Positions 39,599 to 51,435 of a stretch of DNA of 64,000 nt are shown piece after piece (within the stretch, counting starts at the first letter, position 1; each line of letters opens with the position of its first letter). The position numbers were made by a program, and so were the translations under genes. Origin of the DNA: an uncultured bacterium (lineage in GTDB: Bacteria; Chloroflexota; UBA5177; JANWHV01); assembly GCA_963827235.1 (NCBI GenBank), contig CAWHAE010000012.1, forward strand, positions 416,001 through 480,000. Direction: 5' to 3'. The notes under the pieces are model-generated. The model was not told the origin of the DNA, made no database searches, and was given only the letters and a program-made list of their open reading frames with translations.

Positions 39599-40006
39599 AT
39601 GCGAACCGTGGTCACCATCCTGCTGAGTGGATTGTTTGCCTATGGCCTCGCACTCTGGTTCAGCCTGGTGATCTGGACGTTCAACGACGTGAGAGCTCGC
39701 TCTCAGAATATCGTCACTCAGCTCTTGGGGACGACTATCGTCCTCATGTTCAACGTCTTCGGACTCCTCCTATATTACATCATTCGCCCCAAGCAGACGC
39801 TGGCGGAGGCATACGAGAAGTCGCTCGAGGAGGAGACTCTTCTGCAGGAGATCGAGAACCGGCACCTGTGCCCCACCTGCAGCCAGCGTATCGAGGACGA
39901 GTATATGATCTGCCCGAGCTGCTTCAGCAAGCTGCGCAACCAGTGCCACTTCTGCAGCCATCTCCTCGCACCCGAATGGAGCCTCTGTCCGTATTGCGGA
40001 CGCTAG
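39599..40006 (+). CDS. Membrane protein with double zinc ribbon
   Basis: Two TMs then four CxxC (CPTC, CPSC, CHFC, CPYC). Confidence 0.8.
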   Translation: MRTVVTILLSGLFAYGLALWFSLVIWTFNDVRARSQNIVTQLLGTTIVLMFNVFGLLLYYIIRPKQTLAEAYEKSLEEETLLQEIENRHLCPTCSQRIEDEYMICPSCFSKLRNQCHFCSHLLAPEWSLCPYCGR

Positions 40007-40020
40007 TCCTGCAGGACTGA

Positions 40021-40719
40021 GTGATGGCCGAGTATCGCCTGACCGTTCGCGAGTGGCCTGCCAGCGAACAGCCGCGCGAGAAGTTGCAGCAATTCGGCCC
40101 GGGTGCCCTCTCCAACGCCGAGCTCATCGCCATACTGCTGCGGGTGGGTAGCGAGAGAGAAGACGTGGTCGCGCTCTCCCAGCGCCTGCTCGTTACCTAC
40201 GGCGGTCTTGCCGGCCTCCATCGGGCGACCATGGCAACATTGACGGACGAGCATGGCATGGGGCTGGCCAAGACCTGCGCGCTGAAGGCGGCCCTCGAGC
40301 TGGGTCGCCGGCTGCTGATGGACCCCGGCCAGGAGCGGATGCGCATCGGCTCGCCGGACGACGTCGCCCAACTCCTGATGATGGACATGCACTGCCTCGA
40401 GCAAGAGTGTCTCCGCACGGTCCTACTGACCACCAAGAACCAAGTGATTAGCGCGCCCACGATCTACCAGGGGTCGATCAATAGCACGTCCTTGCGGGTG
40501 GGCGAGCTGTTCCGCGAGGCAATTCGACATAACGCTGCATCCATAATCGTGGCGCATAATCATCCGAGCGGCGACCCGACACCCAGCGTGGAAGACATAC
40601 AGGTCACCCGCACGATCGTCGAGGCCGGCAAGCTGATGGATATCGAAGTGCTCGACCACCTGGTGATCGGTCATGGCAAGTACGTGAGCCTGAAGGAGCG
40701 GCGGTTGGGATTTGGGTGA
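40021..40719 (+). CDS. radC: RadC family JAB-domain protein
   Basis: QPREKL, LSNAELIAILLR, ELGRR, HNHPSGDPTPS.ED, LDHLVIG. Confidence 0.95.
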   Translation: MMAEYRLTVREWPASEQPREKLQQFGPGALSNAELIAILLRVGSEREDVVALSQRLLVTYGGLAGLHRATMATLTDEHGMGLAKTCALKAALELGRRLLMDPGQERMRIGSPDDVAQLLMMDMHCLEQECLRTVLLTTKNQVISAPTIYQGSINSTSLRVGELFREAIRHNAASIIVAHNHPSGDPTPSVEDIQVTRTIVEAGKLMDIEVLDHLVIGHGKYVSLKERRLGFG

Positions 40720-40979
40720 GCCAACTGGCCGTCCGCTGCCACACCGAACTCAGCTGGTTCTCGTGATTATGGCGCCGGTATCTTGCAGTTCGGAGTGCGG
40801 CGAAGCCGGCCACCGCTCGCACGAATCAGGCCTCCGCACCATATAGTCGCCATGACGCGGGAGTATGATCCGGGGGAGAGCGCGACGCCGGACAGCATGT
40901 CGCTGGCACGCACGGTGCTGGTGCAGGGCTTGGCCGGACTGTTACGCGGGCCTAGCCGGTACCCGAAAAGGAGGCTGTC

Positions 40980-41213
40980 ATGGGCCATGCTGAGATTGAG
41001 CAGAGGCAAGGTCTGCAGGATCGGCAGTCGCCGGCTGCCCAGGCCGGCGACTACACGCGCGTCGGCACGACCTTCGTCATCATCAGTGAATTGCTGTGCG
41101 AGGCCGTGGGGCTGCGCGCGAGCGAGCACGTCCTCGACGTCGCCACTGGCGATGGCAACACGGCGTTGTCTGCGGCGCGACGCTGCTGCGAGGTGACCGC
41201 GGTCGTCTGGTGA
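40980..41213 (+). pseudogene. Truncated class I SAM-dependent methyltransferase
   Basis: GDY..VG, VLDVATGDGNTALSAARR then stop. Confidence 0.7.
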
Positions 41214-41575
41214 GGTACTGCGTGACCGCTCCTGGCCCACCGCCCCCTCCGAACCGGGATTGCGTCGACGACCAAGTAACTCAACGTGCCCGTACACCGC
41301 CATGTGGACTGCCTGGAGCAACGGGTAGGTAACGAGCGCGATGCCGCCGTCCTGCAACCGCCAGAGTCTAGGATTGCACTGACGGGTTGGTTCGACGATT
41401 CGTGTTCATTGCGTGCAGACGAGCTTCCGGGCGTTGCACGCCTCCTGTCCCAACCTGGGAGCGACCTCTGTCTTTATACCTACACCGTTATCTCAAACGG
41501 TGTCGCGCAGCAATCAGCCCTTGCAACCACTTTGGGACAGAGCGTTGGTCCCGGCACCGACCCAATTACCTGCTC

Positions 41576-42172
41576 TCATAGTGCCGGAGCGCCGTGATCG
41601 GAGCCGATGCTGTTCACCTGCAGGAGCTGCCAGGCGTATTCCTCGACGCACCGCCAGGGCTTAACTGCGCCGCTGCCTCCCCGGGTTGAGACCGTGTGGC
41701 TGCGCGCAACCGCTGCACAATCAAGGGCAGCGAACACGCTCTCAATCGCGCCGTCGCAGGTCGTCATCAAGGCGTGTACCGCCGCCGCCGCTGCCAGTGC
41801 GGCGCCCGCCAACTGGTTTCTCATGAGCAGGAGATCGGTGCTCCAGGGCATGGTGTCAAAGCACGCCGCGCAGGCCGTCGCCTTGCTGTCGGCCTCAAGG
41901 GCGGCTGCCACGACTCCTCTCGCCGTAGCGAGCACCTCGGGCTGTGGCGGCTCGCCGGCCAGCGCGGCCCTGGCCACCGTCAACGCCTCGCGCACACGCC
42001 CATCCTCGGGGTAGCAGGCATCGTACAAGGCGCGCACGTGCTCGGCGCACTCGACCGCCAGCAGCCGCGCCTGCGCGCCAGCCAGCCGCAGGATTCCGAT
42101 GGCGAGCTGGCTGCGCAGCTGCAGGCGAAGTTGATGCTCCTCGGAAGCAGGCATCCGTTCATCCACTGACAT
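41576..42172 (-). CDS. Imm5-like (putative immunity family) protein
   Basis: LAVECAEHV..Y...PEDGRVREAL..ARA and C-terminal E.AWQ pattern. Confidence 0.55.
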   Translation of the reverse strand: MSVDERMPASEEHQLRLQLRSQLAIGILRLAGAQARLLAVECAEHVRALYDACYPEDGRVREALTVARAALAGEPPQPEVLATARGVVAAALEADSKATACAACFDTMPWSTDLLLMRNQLAGAALAAAAAVHALMTTCDGAIESVFAALDCAAVARSHTVSTRGGSGAVKPWRCVEEYAWQLLQVNSIGSDHGAPAL

Positions 42173-42203
42173 TGCCACGACTCCGCACAAACCGCGCCAG
42201 CCA

Positions 42204-42689
42204 TCATCGCCCCAGGGGCGCATCGGCAAACGAGACGACCGTGGGGTGCACCAGCCGCTCAAAGTCGGCGTACTTGATGCGCAGCGTATGCGCATGCGTG
42301 CCAGCCTGGCAGGTGATGGCATCCTCTCTGGTCAGGTCGTGGTCGACATAGACGGGCATCCCGTACAGATTCCCGAATGGCGGCATCGCGCCGGTCTCGC
42401 AGTCGGGAAACAGTGGCGCGAACCGGCCTTCGTGTGCCAACTGCACCTCTCCGCCGCCGAGCAGCTCGTGTAGCCTGGGCAGACTGAGGCGGCTGCAGGC
42501 GGGCAGCACCAACATCACCATCCCCGCAGCGGCTTCCACGATGACGACCTTCGCCACCATCCTGCCCGGCAAGTGCGCCTCCGCCGCGATCTCCTGCATC
42601 GTGTACCGGGCCGGATGCCGGCGCACCTCGTACGGCACGTCGTGCTCGTCGAGGTAGCGCAGCAGTCTCTCGTAACCAGCCAGTTCCAT
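42204..42689 (-). CDS. YbaK/EbsC aminoacyl-tRNA deacylase family
   Basis: VAKVVIV, FPDCETGAMPPFG, AGTH; GGAGG RBS. Confidence 0.9.
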   Translation of the reverse strand: MELAGYERLLRYLDEHDVPYEVRRHPARYTMQEIAAEAHLPGRMVAKVVIVEAAAGMVMLVLPACSRLSLPRLHELLGGGEVQLAHEGRFAPLFPDCETGAMPPFGNLYGMPVYVDHDLTREDAITCQAGTHAHTLRIKYADFERLVHPTVVSFADAPLGR

Positions 42690-42854
42690 CGAAGCCTCCG
42701 CTTGGGCGCTGCCCCTCGGTACGTCCCGCGCGAGATGTGCTGCAGGGCAGCTGTCGTCAGGATGTCCTCCAAGGCCGAGGCGCCACCTGAACTCTGGGGC
42801 CCGCCAGGCTTCACCGAGCCAAGCCGACGTGGCCCCGCGCAAGCTTGCAGGCCA

Positions 42855-44120
42855 CTATCCACCCACAGCGTAGGCCGAAGCATCGCTCTGGGCATCCGGT
42901 GGTTTACCTGATGCACGTCGCGCGTGCAGTGGTGGCGCGGCACGGCGGTCCGCATGGACGTCGCCTGCAAGCTGGCGGAACAGGCCCACATAACGCGCGG
43001 CGACGGCATCCCACGCCATGGTCCGCGCGTACGCCAAAGCCCGGCACTCGCAGCACCGGCGGAGCAACGGTTCCTCCAGCAGCCGGCATACGCAGCACGC
43101 GAGGGACTCCGGATCAGCGAACTGAGCCAGCAGACCCCGGCCGTCGGCCAGCGCCTCGACCGCGTAGAGATACGGTGTGGACACCACGGCCTTTCCCGCG
43201 CCCAGTGCGTACGCCAGGGTGCCGCTCGTGATCTGGTCGGGATTGACGTAGGGCGTGACGTAGATGTCCGTGGCCTGCAAGTAGCACAGCAGCTGGTCCT
43301 GCGAGACGTGCCGGTCGACGAAGCGCACGTGGCTATCCAGCCGGAGCCGATGGGTCAGGGCGACGAGCGCGTCGCGATAGCGTTCGCCTTCTTGCCGGCG
43401 GACCTCGGGGTGGGTCTGCCCGACCACCAGGTAGAGAACCTCGGGATGCCACCGCAGCACCTGCGGCAGGGCCTGGATCATGAAGTGGATCCCCTTGCCT
43501 TCGCTGAGCAGGCCGAAGGTCATCAGCACCATGCGATCCGGTATGTCCAGGCGCCGCTTTGCAGCTGCCATCGAGACGGCCGGCGCTCGCGGCACGCCAT
43601 GGGGAATCACGTGCAGCTTGCGCGGTGGTACCTCGTACGCCTCTTCGAGGATCGCCTGCGCGGTCTGCGCCATTGTGACCACAGCCTCGCTGCAGTCGCC
43701 GATCCGTCGAACCGCTTCGCGGATATCGGGCCCGGGATGCGGCAGCACCGTGTGCAGCGTGACCACGACTGACGTGTGCAGCTCGTTGAGCAGGTTCGGC
43801 AGATAGTCACTCTCGAGCCGGCCATCGGCGAAGTGACCGAAGAGACCGAACTCGTGTTGCACGCAGACGACCGCGACATCAGCACGGTCGATCGCACGCG
43901 CCGCCGCCCGCCAGCTACTCGCATCGGGCTGGTCGATGCGCCAGCGGACCCGACTGGGGTAGTGGTAGTGCGCACCGTCCCGCTCAATCGCCGCCACGCG
44001 TGGGGTCATGGTCCACGGCGACGCGGAGACCGCGTCGCACAGATCGCGCGTGAAGGTCGCGATGCCGCAGGGGCGTGGTGGGTACGTGCCCACCATCGCC
44101 ACGATTTCCTTCAGAGCCAT
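42855..44120 (-). CDS. Glycosyltransferase family 4
   Basis: GTYPPRPCGIATFT, QHEFG, TFGLLSEGKG, QITSGTL, VVSTPY. Confidence 0.9.
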   Translation of the reverse strand: MALKEIVAMVGTYPPRPCGIATFTRDLCDAVSASPWTMTPRVAAIERDGAHYHYPSRVRWRIDQPDASSWRAAARAIDRADVAVVCVQHEFGLFGHFADGRLESDYLPNLLNELHTSVVVTLHTVLPHPGPDIREAVRRIGDCSEAVVTMAQTAQAILEEAYEVPPRKLHVIPHGVPRAPAVSMAAAKRRLDIPDRMVLMTFGLLSEGKGIHFMIQALPQVLRWHPEVLYLVVGQTHPEVRRQEGERYRDALVALTHRLRLDSHVRFVDRHVSQDQLLCYLQATDIYVTPYVNPDQITSGTLAYALGAGKAVVSTPYLYAVEALADGRGLLAQFADPESLACCVCRLLEEPLLRRCCECRALAYARTMAWDAVAARYVGLFRQLAGDVHADRRAAPPLHARRASGKPPDAQSDASAYAVGG

Positions 44121-44665
44121 GCACTCCTCCTCACGCTCTACGCCGTGTCATACCCTCTGTGCCCGAGGTGGGCCAACTGCTTGCTGCAGATGAGCGGGAC
44201 CGGCGTGGCGCCGTGCAGGCCATCCCGGCGCGTGCCTCGGCCGATTCCGTTGCCAGATCCGTGGCGATGCCCAGCACGGCCGCAGCCCCGACTGAAAGCG
44301 CCCCCGCCAGTGCCCGGCCGACGCCGCGCATACCGCTGCTGGCGGTGTGGAAAGTGCTCACCGTTCCGCTCGTCCGTGGCGCCTCATCCGGATCGCGGCT
44401 GCAGCAGCGCCTGTCAGCACGGCAGCACGCGCTGACGCAGAAGAAGTCTTCCGCCGCAGGCCATCAGGGCTGCGTAAAGGCAGTGAGGGCGCGGCGCATC
44501 TTCCCGCCATCCGGTGATTCACCGGATGGCGGGAGCGAGCGTGTGCGCTAGCGTAGGCTCAGGGAGCAGGGCCCGATCGGACGCACGGCACCGGGATCGC
44601 AGCATGATGCCGCGATGGCTGCGCTCGCGGTACGCTGGCCGCACGTCGCTCCGCGACATCGAGCA

Positions 44666-45309
44666 ATGCGTAGGTCGCGATTCGCTGATCGCCGGAATGC
44701 CGGCCGGCAACTGGCGATCAAGCTGGCATCGTACATCGACTGGCCGGGCACACTCGTGCTCGGCCTGCCGCGCGGCGGTGTGGTCGTAGCCTATGCGGTC
44801 GCGCAGGCCCTGCATGCAGCCCTCGATGTCCTGCCCGTCGGCAAGCTGGTGGTACCGGGCCAGCGGGAGCTGGCCATGGGCGCTCTTACTAGCGATGGGG
44901 TGCGCGTGCTCAACCAGGATGTGCTGGCCTTTCGCGCGATTGGCAAGGCCATCCTCGCCGAGGCGTCGCAGCATGCGGCGCAGGAGCTGCACCGGCAGGA
45001 GCGCCTGTACCGCAGTAGGCGACAACCGCCCGTCGTTCGCGAGCGGACAGTCCTGGTTGTCGACGACGGCATCGCCACCGGCGCCACCATGCGCGCTCGG
45101 TGCGCACGCAGATGCCGCGGCACGTGGTAATCGCAGGGCCAGTCGCCTCCCCGTCGACCTGCCAGGCGTTTCGCCGCGAAGCCCACGAGGTCGTCTGTGT
45201 CTACATGCCAGAGCCATTCCTGTCGGTCGGCACGTGGTACGAGGACTTCGCAACTGCAACCGACGAGGAGGTGGTGGCGCTGCTGGACCAAGCCGGAGGT
45301 AGTTGCTAG
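44666..45309 (+). pseudogene. Phosphoribosyltransferase, frameshifted near 45095
   Basis: FADRRNAG, LPRGGV, VDDGIATGATM in one frame; PVAS, VG.WYEDF..TDEEV in another. Confidence 0.8.
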
Positions 45310-45654
45310 CGGCATCCATGCCGGCGGGGAGAGCATGGTGCGTGGACGGCCTGCGACCCCCAAACTGTGGCCGAGGCCTGCGCTGCCTTCGGTGGATTCG
45401 CGCCGGCTCACGGGCCACCCCAGTACGGCCCCGGTCAACATGCCGGAACGCTGCTCCTGGCGTGCCCTAACCAAGCTGCGCAACCCCGATCGTCGGTAAG
45501 GAATATGCCAATCGGCCCTTCATAGGTTGTAGGGAGGCGCATAGTGTCAAGGAGGGACGTGCTTGCCCGGCGCGCGAGAACGCCGAACCGCACGGGCACA
45601 GTGCCCATGTGGCGGGACTGCACGCTCATGTGCAGGCTGCACGGGGAACCGCCG

Positions 45655-46365
45655 ATGATGCGCATTGTCTTGGCTGACGACCAGGCGATGGTGCGGACCG
45701 GTCTCCGCCTGATTCTGGAGCAACAGCGCGACATGAGCGTTGTCGGCGAGGCCGGCAACGGCTTCGAGGCGGTGGCCGTGGCTCTGCGCTTACAGCCCGA
45801 CGTACTGGTGCTGGATGTCGACATGCCGGAGATGGATGGACTCGACGCGCTCGAGCACGTGAAGCGGCGCGTACCACAGATACGCGTGGTGATGCTCGCC
45901 GACGCGAAGAACGACCGCTACCTCCAGCATGCGCTCCGCTGGGGCGCTCTCGGCTATGTGCTCAAGCAGAGTCCGGCCGAGCGGCTGGTCCGGACCGTCC
46001 AGCAGGTCGTGCAGGGTCACCTGGCCGTGGAGTGGCTGGGCGACGTCAATCTCGCCGACGCTTTCAGGCCTGGTGGGCGGCGTGGCCTGAGCATGCCTTC
46101 CTACAGTGAGCTGACTGAGCGCGAGCGGGAAGTGTTGCGCCTGGTCGCCCAGGGCTACAGCAACGCGGGAATCGCCGCCCGCCTCGGCATCGGCGCCAAG
46201 ACGGTGGACACGCACCGTTCACATGTCATGGAGAAGCTCGACATCCACACGCGCGCAGACCTGACCCGCTATGCCCTGCAGCGCGGCTACGTCATCGTGG
46301 AACCTCCACGCCGAGCGCGGACGCGCCACGCGCAGCACTCAGGCAGGGCCTTCCGCGGCGCGTGA
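45655..46365 (+). CDS. NarL/LuxR family response regulator (no adjacent kinase)
   Basis: LADDQ, LDVDMP.MDG, GYVLK, LTEREREVL, KTVDTHR. Confidence 0.9.
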   Translation: MMRIVLADDQAMVRTGLRLILEQQRDMSVVGEAGNGFEAVAVALRLQPDVLVLDVDMPEMDGLDALEHVKRRVPQIRVVMLADAKNDRYLQHALRWGALGYVLKQSPAERLVRTVQQVVQGHLAVEWLGDVNLADAFRPGGRRGLSMPSYSELTEREREVLRLVAQGYSNAGIAARLGIGAKTVDTHRSHVMEKLDIHTRADLTRYALQRGYVIVEPPRRARTRHAQHSGRAFRGA

Positions 46366-46657
46366 CCGCCACCAACCCATACCGGCGCCGGCTAGCCGCG
46401 TGTGCCGACGAGGGATTGAAGGCGCGGGCGGGGCGATAGCGACGGGGCGCGACAAGCGGCGTTCTGGATGGTAGACGCCACTACACAGCTATGTGCGGCA
46501 GACGTTGTGGCACGCGACAAGGGGCGATCAGGCGTACGGCGGCAAGCGGTAGGCCGGCGCCAGCGCTCAGTTGCTGGCGTGCGTGATAAGGTTGGGGTGA
46601 CGGACAGTGCCCTGAGCACCCAGCGCGGACACTGGACTGGCCGCAGCCGCGCTGCTG

Positions 46658-47242
46658 GTGGGCGCCTTTCTACGCGCACTGGTTCGGCGACAGCAGGACG
46701 CCCTTGTACATCGCCCCCTGCGTGGCGGTGCTTGGCGGCCTCGCCCAGCTGCTAGCCGGCATGTGGGCTTTCCGGGCCCGCGACGGCCTGGCCACGACCA
46801 TCCATGGCGCCTGGGGTGCCTTCTGTCTGGCTTACGGCGTGCTCTGCGCGCTGGTCGCGGCCGGCTCGCTGAGCCTGGCCGCGGTCGACGCCAACTTCGG
46901 CTGGTGGTTCATCCCGCTCGGGGCAATCACGGCGGCCGGCGCCATCGCGGCGTGGCGCGCAACGTGTCGAGCGGCATGCTGCGCCCTCGCTGGGCGTGCG
47001 TACTCGCCGCGATCGGCCTGCTGGGACCCAGCTCCGGGCCGCTGAAGGCTGGCAGGTATCTCCTGCTGGTGACGGCGCTGCTCGCCTGGTACCTGGCCAC
47101 GGCGCTGCTCCTGGAAACCAGCTTCCGCCGAGTGATCTTGCCGCTGGGCACGCCGGAACGGGAGGCTAACATCCCGGGCCGGCGGCATACGCGGACGGTC
47201 GAGTGGCGCCACGGTGAGCCCGGGGTGCGCGCCGGGCAGTAA
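46658..47242 (+). pseudogene. Acetate uptake transporter (GPR1/FUN34/YaaH/SatP) remnant
   Basis: GGLAQLLAGMWAF..D..ATT.HG.WGAF; C-terminal AWYLA in a different frame; N-terminus missing. Confidence 0.7.
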
Positions 47243-47481
47243 GCTCGCCGACGTCGGCGCCGACCCCACCCAGTCGCCGCGACGACTGCGCGAGCCATCG
47301 GATCAGGCCGTGGCGCCCCGGCTGGACCGCCCGGCCAGTGCCACGGCCTGCGACTATGGCGGAGCCGCAACGACGAGGCTCCGCCTGCAGGCCGGTCCGA
47401 GCGGCCCGCGGAACGTGCAGGCCGACGTCGCACCGGCGGATCCACGGTGTGGCCGCGCCACAGCAGAGAGGAGATGAGGTA

Positions 47482-48330
47482 ATGAACGGCCCAGGCACGC
47501 CGTGGGATCTCCCCGTCACCAGCGAGCCGACAGCGTCCGGCAGCCAGGACGCACGCGAGCGGCTGCGACGGGTGGGCAGCGGGCAGGCCGGCCTGTGGGA
47601 GGCGTTCCAGCCGCTGGCCCAGGCTCAGGAAGACCAGGCCCGGCAAGCGGCGGACCTGGCGGAACGTGAGGCGTGGGCACCGGCCGGGATGCTGGAGGCA
47701 AGTAACGCCCTCTGGCCCCACTTGACCACGCCGACGTTGCACTTAGCCGTGCGATCTTCCGATGGCGACGAGGCAACTCACGTGGAGCTGGGACGGTACG
47801 GCCACCTGGCCGCGCTGCCGGCGCCGATCGCCGGCGAGCAGGCGCTCATCAGCAGCCCGACACCCTGCTTCGCGCGCGTGGTGGCCAGCCAGGAGCGGCA
47901 GGCCGCCGGAGTTGACGGCCCACTGGCTTGCTCTTACCTGCCGCTGTCGCCGGCGGAAGCCGTGGCGGCTATCGGGTTCGCCACGATCGAGGCCGACCTG
48001 GAGGCGGCGGCGCGAACCGCCGGGCAGGTGCTGCTGTACAAAGTGGAGGCGCAGGCGGAGCGGCAGCACGCCGTGCTGCGCGTGGAGCGCATGTTCGGCT
48101 GGACGCCCGATCCGCCTCCTGAGGCTGTCGCGCTACCGGTTGGGTCGCGCGTCGCCGTGTTGCTGCTGAGGCAGGCGGGTCGCCACTGGTTGGTGCAGGT
48201 GAGCGTCGCCTTTAGCGTGATGGCGGTACTGTCCGGGTTCCTACTCTACCCGGCCTCTGCCGTTCTTGTGCTGGTGTTGCTCGGCATCGTCGTGCTGTTC
48301 TGGAAGCTGGCGACGCGACCGGGCATGTAG
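47482..48330 (+). CDS. Hypothetical protein with two C-terminal TMs
   Basis: GAGG RBS, open frame, hydrophobic C-terminus; no family recognised. Confidence 0.4.
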   Translation: MNGPGTPWDLPVTSEPTASGSQDARERLRRVGSGQAGLWEAFQPLAQAQEDQARQAADLAEREAWAPAGMLEASNALWPHLTTPTLHLAVRSSDGDEATHVELGRYGHLAALPAPIAGEQALISSPTPCFARVVASQERQAAGVDGPLACSYLPLSPAEAVAAIGFATIEADLEAAARTAGQVLLYKVEAQAERQHAVLRVERMFGWTPDPPPEAVALPVGSRVAVLLLRQAGRHWLVQVSVAFSVMAVLSGFLLYPASAVLVLVLLGIVVLFWKLATRPGM

Positions 48331-48374
48331 CGACAAGGGCGGTGCCCCAGGCTGTGCTCGTGCCCGCAGCGCGC

Positions 48375-49250
48375 CTAGCGGCTCAGCAAGGCGCCAACGT
48401 AGTCGATGAGATCACGGGCGCACACCGAGCAGAAGCCGCGATCGGTCACCAGCCGGTCAATCACATCATTGATGCGGCAAAGTTGCTCCGCATCAGGGGT
48501 CCTGGTCGAGGTGGTGATCTGGACCACGCCCTGCAGGTCCGCGAACAGCTTCTTCTCGATCGCCTCCTTCAGCCGCGCGTCGCTGGTGTACTCAAAAGTC
48601 TTGCCGCGGCGTGCCAGGCTGGCCATCGACATGAGCAGGCTCTCGCGAAACGCCTGCCTGGCGCTCGGCTGCACGCCGATCTGATCCTCGATCGCGCGCA
48701 TCAGCTTCTCGTCCGGCTCGATCGACTCGTCGGTCAGCGGATCCTTCAGCTTCTCCTTGTGACAGAAGGCCTCCACGTTGTCGAGGTAGTTGTTGAGCAG
48801 GGTGCGTGCGGACTCCTCGAACGCGTAGACGAAGGCACGCTGGACTTCCTGCTGGGCCAGATCGTCGTACTCATGACGCGTCTCGGTGAGCAGTCTGAGG
48901 TACTTCGCGCGCTCGCCTTTGCTGAACGCGGTATGCTGGTCGAAGCCGTCGCGCAGGGCCCGCAGCGCCAGCAGCGGCGTCAGGCAGGTGACGCCGCGCC
49001 CGATCAGGGCATGGCTGAGCCGGTCGATGACGTACCGCGGTGAGATGCCGTCCATGCCCTCGCGCACCGCTTCTTCGTGCAGCACACGCACGTCCAGGGC
49101 CATCCAACCGTCCACGTCCTGACCGTCGTACAGCTGCATGGCATACAGGCGGTACTCGACGTGTCGACAGGCCTCGTCACCGTCAAACACCGCAAAGAGG
49201 TGGTGTCGCCGCGGCGTACCGGCCACATCGATTGACGCTGTGTGCACCAT
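48375..49250 (-). pseudogene. prkA: PrkA/YeaG serine kinase, C-terminal part only
   Basis: EGMDGISPRY, NYLDNVEAF, PDEKLMRAIE.QIG, RLKEAIEKKLF; AAA P-loop region absent. Confidence 0.8.
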
Positions 49251-49515
49251 GGCGAATCACCCCTGGCGCGGGCACTGGCCGTCACCCTTGTCGTACGCCG
49301 ATTCCAGCGTCTGCCCAAGAGCCAAGGGTCACGTGCGTAGCGGCGAACGTCATGTGGTGTCGGGCCAATACCGCATTGGCTACGCAACACCAGCGACCGG
49401 ACTACTTCCTGCTATTCAGCTGCTGACAGGTGCGAGTGGTTGCGCGGGTCGGTTCACGTGCCAGACGGCTAGCGGCCAGTATTGCATGGCGAGGCAGCCG
49501 TGCTCCATGTCCCGT

Positions 49516-49866
49516 CTAGCACGTGACATGGAGCACGGCGTTCGTCTCGTCCAGGTCCTGCCGGAGCAGTTCGAGCGCCTGAGCGGTCGGCAGCACCAGC
49601 AGCTGGATGCCGCGGTGTTCGGCCTCACGTCTCACATCCTCGATCACCGGCAGCCTCCCGTGGACGCCCGTGCCGACCACCAGCCGCGCGCAGTGCCACG
49701 GGATCTCCTCCGCGAGAGTGAGCGGCGTGTGCCCGTACGCGTCTCGGAGCTTCTTCGACGGTCGCTTCTTGCGCTTGCGGACCTCACCGCGATCGATGAC
49801 GACGTCGTTCTCGTAGACAACTCCGTCAACGGTGATCGAACCGAACGAAAACGCTTCGAACCTCAT
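49516..49866 (-). CDS. MTH938/NDUFAF3 family protein
   Basis: FSFGSITVDG..Y.ND, LVVGTG..G.L, PT.QA, LHVTC. Confidence 0.85.
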   Translation of the reverse strand: MRFEAFSFGSITVDGVVYENDVVIDRGEVRKRKKRPSKKLRDAYGHTPLTLAEEIPWHCARLVVGTGVHGRLPVIEDVRREAEHRGIQLLVLPTAQALELLRQDLDETNAVLHVTC

Positions 49867-50652
49867 CGTTATCCCTCGGCAGCCTGTCCCGGCCAGGCCG
49901 GCGAAACAGGGACATCCACGTCCAGCCTCGCCTGTCCCAGCGGCGTGCCGCAGCGCCGCCGGCGGGCCTCGCGCGCGATAGTCGAGCGCATCTGGCCGCG
50001 CCCGCCTTCCGGCGCCCTGGTACGGAGCATCACGCCGTTGGCCCACGTCTGCCTCGCGCGCGAGGCAGAACAGACAGCACCATAGCTTGCACAGGGCATG
50101 CCTAGTGTCAAGAGGCCTTGGTACTCAGAATCTCCGGCTCCTGGCCCTATAGCGGTGTTCGAGCGGGTGCAAGCATCCAGCGTACGTTCAGCGTGAGCCG
50201 CGCAACCGCCCCGGAACGAACGGCACGGAGGCGCCGCCGCTAGCCTACAGCCACCTGGAAGGCCACGGGAGGCGGAGGTCACGACGGCTCGGCTGCAATG
50301 CCGAGTCGGGGACGTGATAGCGTCGATGGGCGAAGGCCCGGAGACGTGGAGATAGATATCGGGCCACCAACCCGGTATCGCCGCAGAGATGTGCGCATGT
50401 CGACGGTACGAGTAGGGACTCCAGATCCTACAGGACCGGTGCACGGGTAGTCCTTCAAGACCATCGGTAAGCCTCAGAGGGCCGCATCAGGTGCAAAGCT
50501 GGCAGCGGCCTTTTGCATGTTTGGGCTTGAGCCAGCGGAAGCTCGCCGGCATGTGTGAGGACACGCGCAAATCCGATCTGATCCTCGCCCCAGACTGGAC
50601 GCCGGCCCGAGCAGGGAAGCGTGCGGGGAACCCCGGGTGGTCCGTGGCCGCA

Positions 50653-51325
50653 TTACGACGGGAGCCCACGTGTCGGTAGCGCTGGGCCCTCCGTACGTGT
50701 GACGCTCGCGGCCGCCCCTTGCGTAATCGCGACGAGGTAGCCGATGCCGTAGGGAGCCTGGTAGGACAGCACCTCGCACGAGGCCGGACGCAGCGCCGCC
50801 AAGGCGAAGAGGAAGGGCTGCAGGCCGCACGACTGGCCGGCCTCCACAGTCGCCGCATCGATGCGTAGGAGGCTCGCCGGATCGCCCGAGCGGACGGCCT
50901 GGACGATGGCCGCGTCGAGCACCGATCCGGCGGGATGGTAGCCATACGGTCCATTGGCATGCAGCACATGCGAGCAGTCGCCGGACGCCACCACGGCCAC
51001 GCGCCTATTGTTCGCGTGTTCCCGTGCCGCGATGCTCTCACCCAGCGACCGGTACGCCGGCAAGGGACGGTCCCACACCGTTAGGATTCTGCTCCACCGG
51101 CGGCAGGCGACCAAGCGCCTCGCCGAGGAAATACATGGGCACGTCGAAGCCGTGGCCGGGGTGGGGAGAGGCGATGATGAGGCGTGCAGGACAGAGCACA
51201 TCTGCCACCCACCGGCAGGCGCGGCGCACGGCCGCGATGGTCTCGTCCACCTCGACGCCTCGGCTTGCGGCAAACTTGGGCAGCAGAATAGGAGGATGGG
51301 GCAGGAACGTCGCACCAACCAGCAT
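50653..51325 (-). pseudogene. AmmeMemoRadiSam Memo/LigB-fold protein, frameshifted near 51088
   Basis: PHPPILLP, ASPH, HGFDVP.YF; then ASGDCSH, GPYGY.P, CGL, SYQAPYGIGY in another frame. Confidence 0.75.
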
Positions 51326-51435
51326 GCTGGAGCGTCCCTTCCTGGCGCCGACCTGACACGCGATCCGCCAGACTATCGCGCGCCATGCTCAGTGTGCATC
51401 GCTTTGGAGGCAACGTCAACCAAGGAGTCGGGGCG

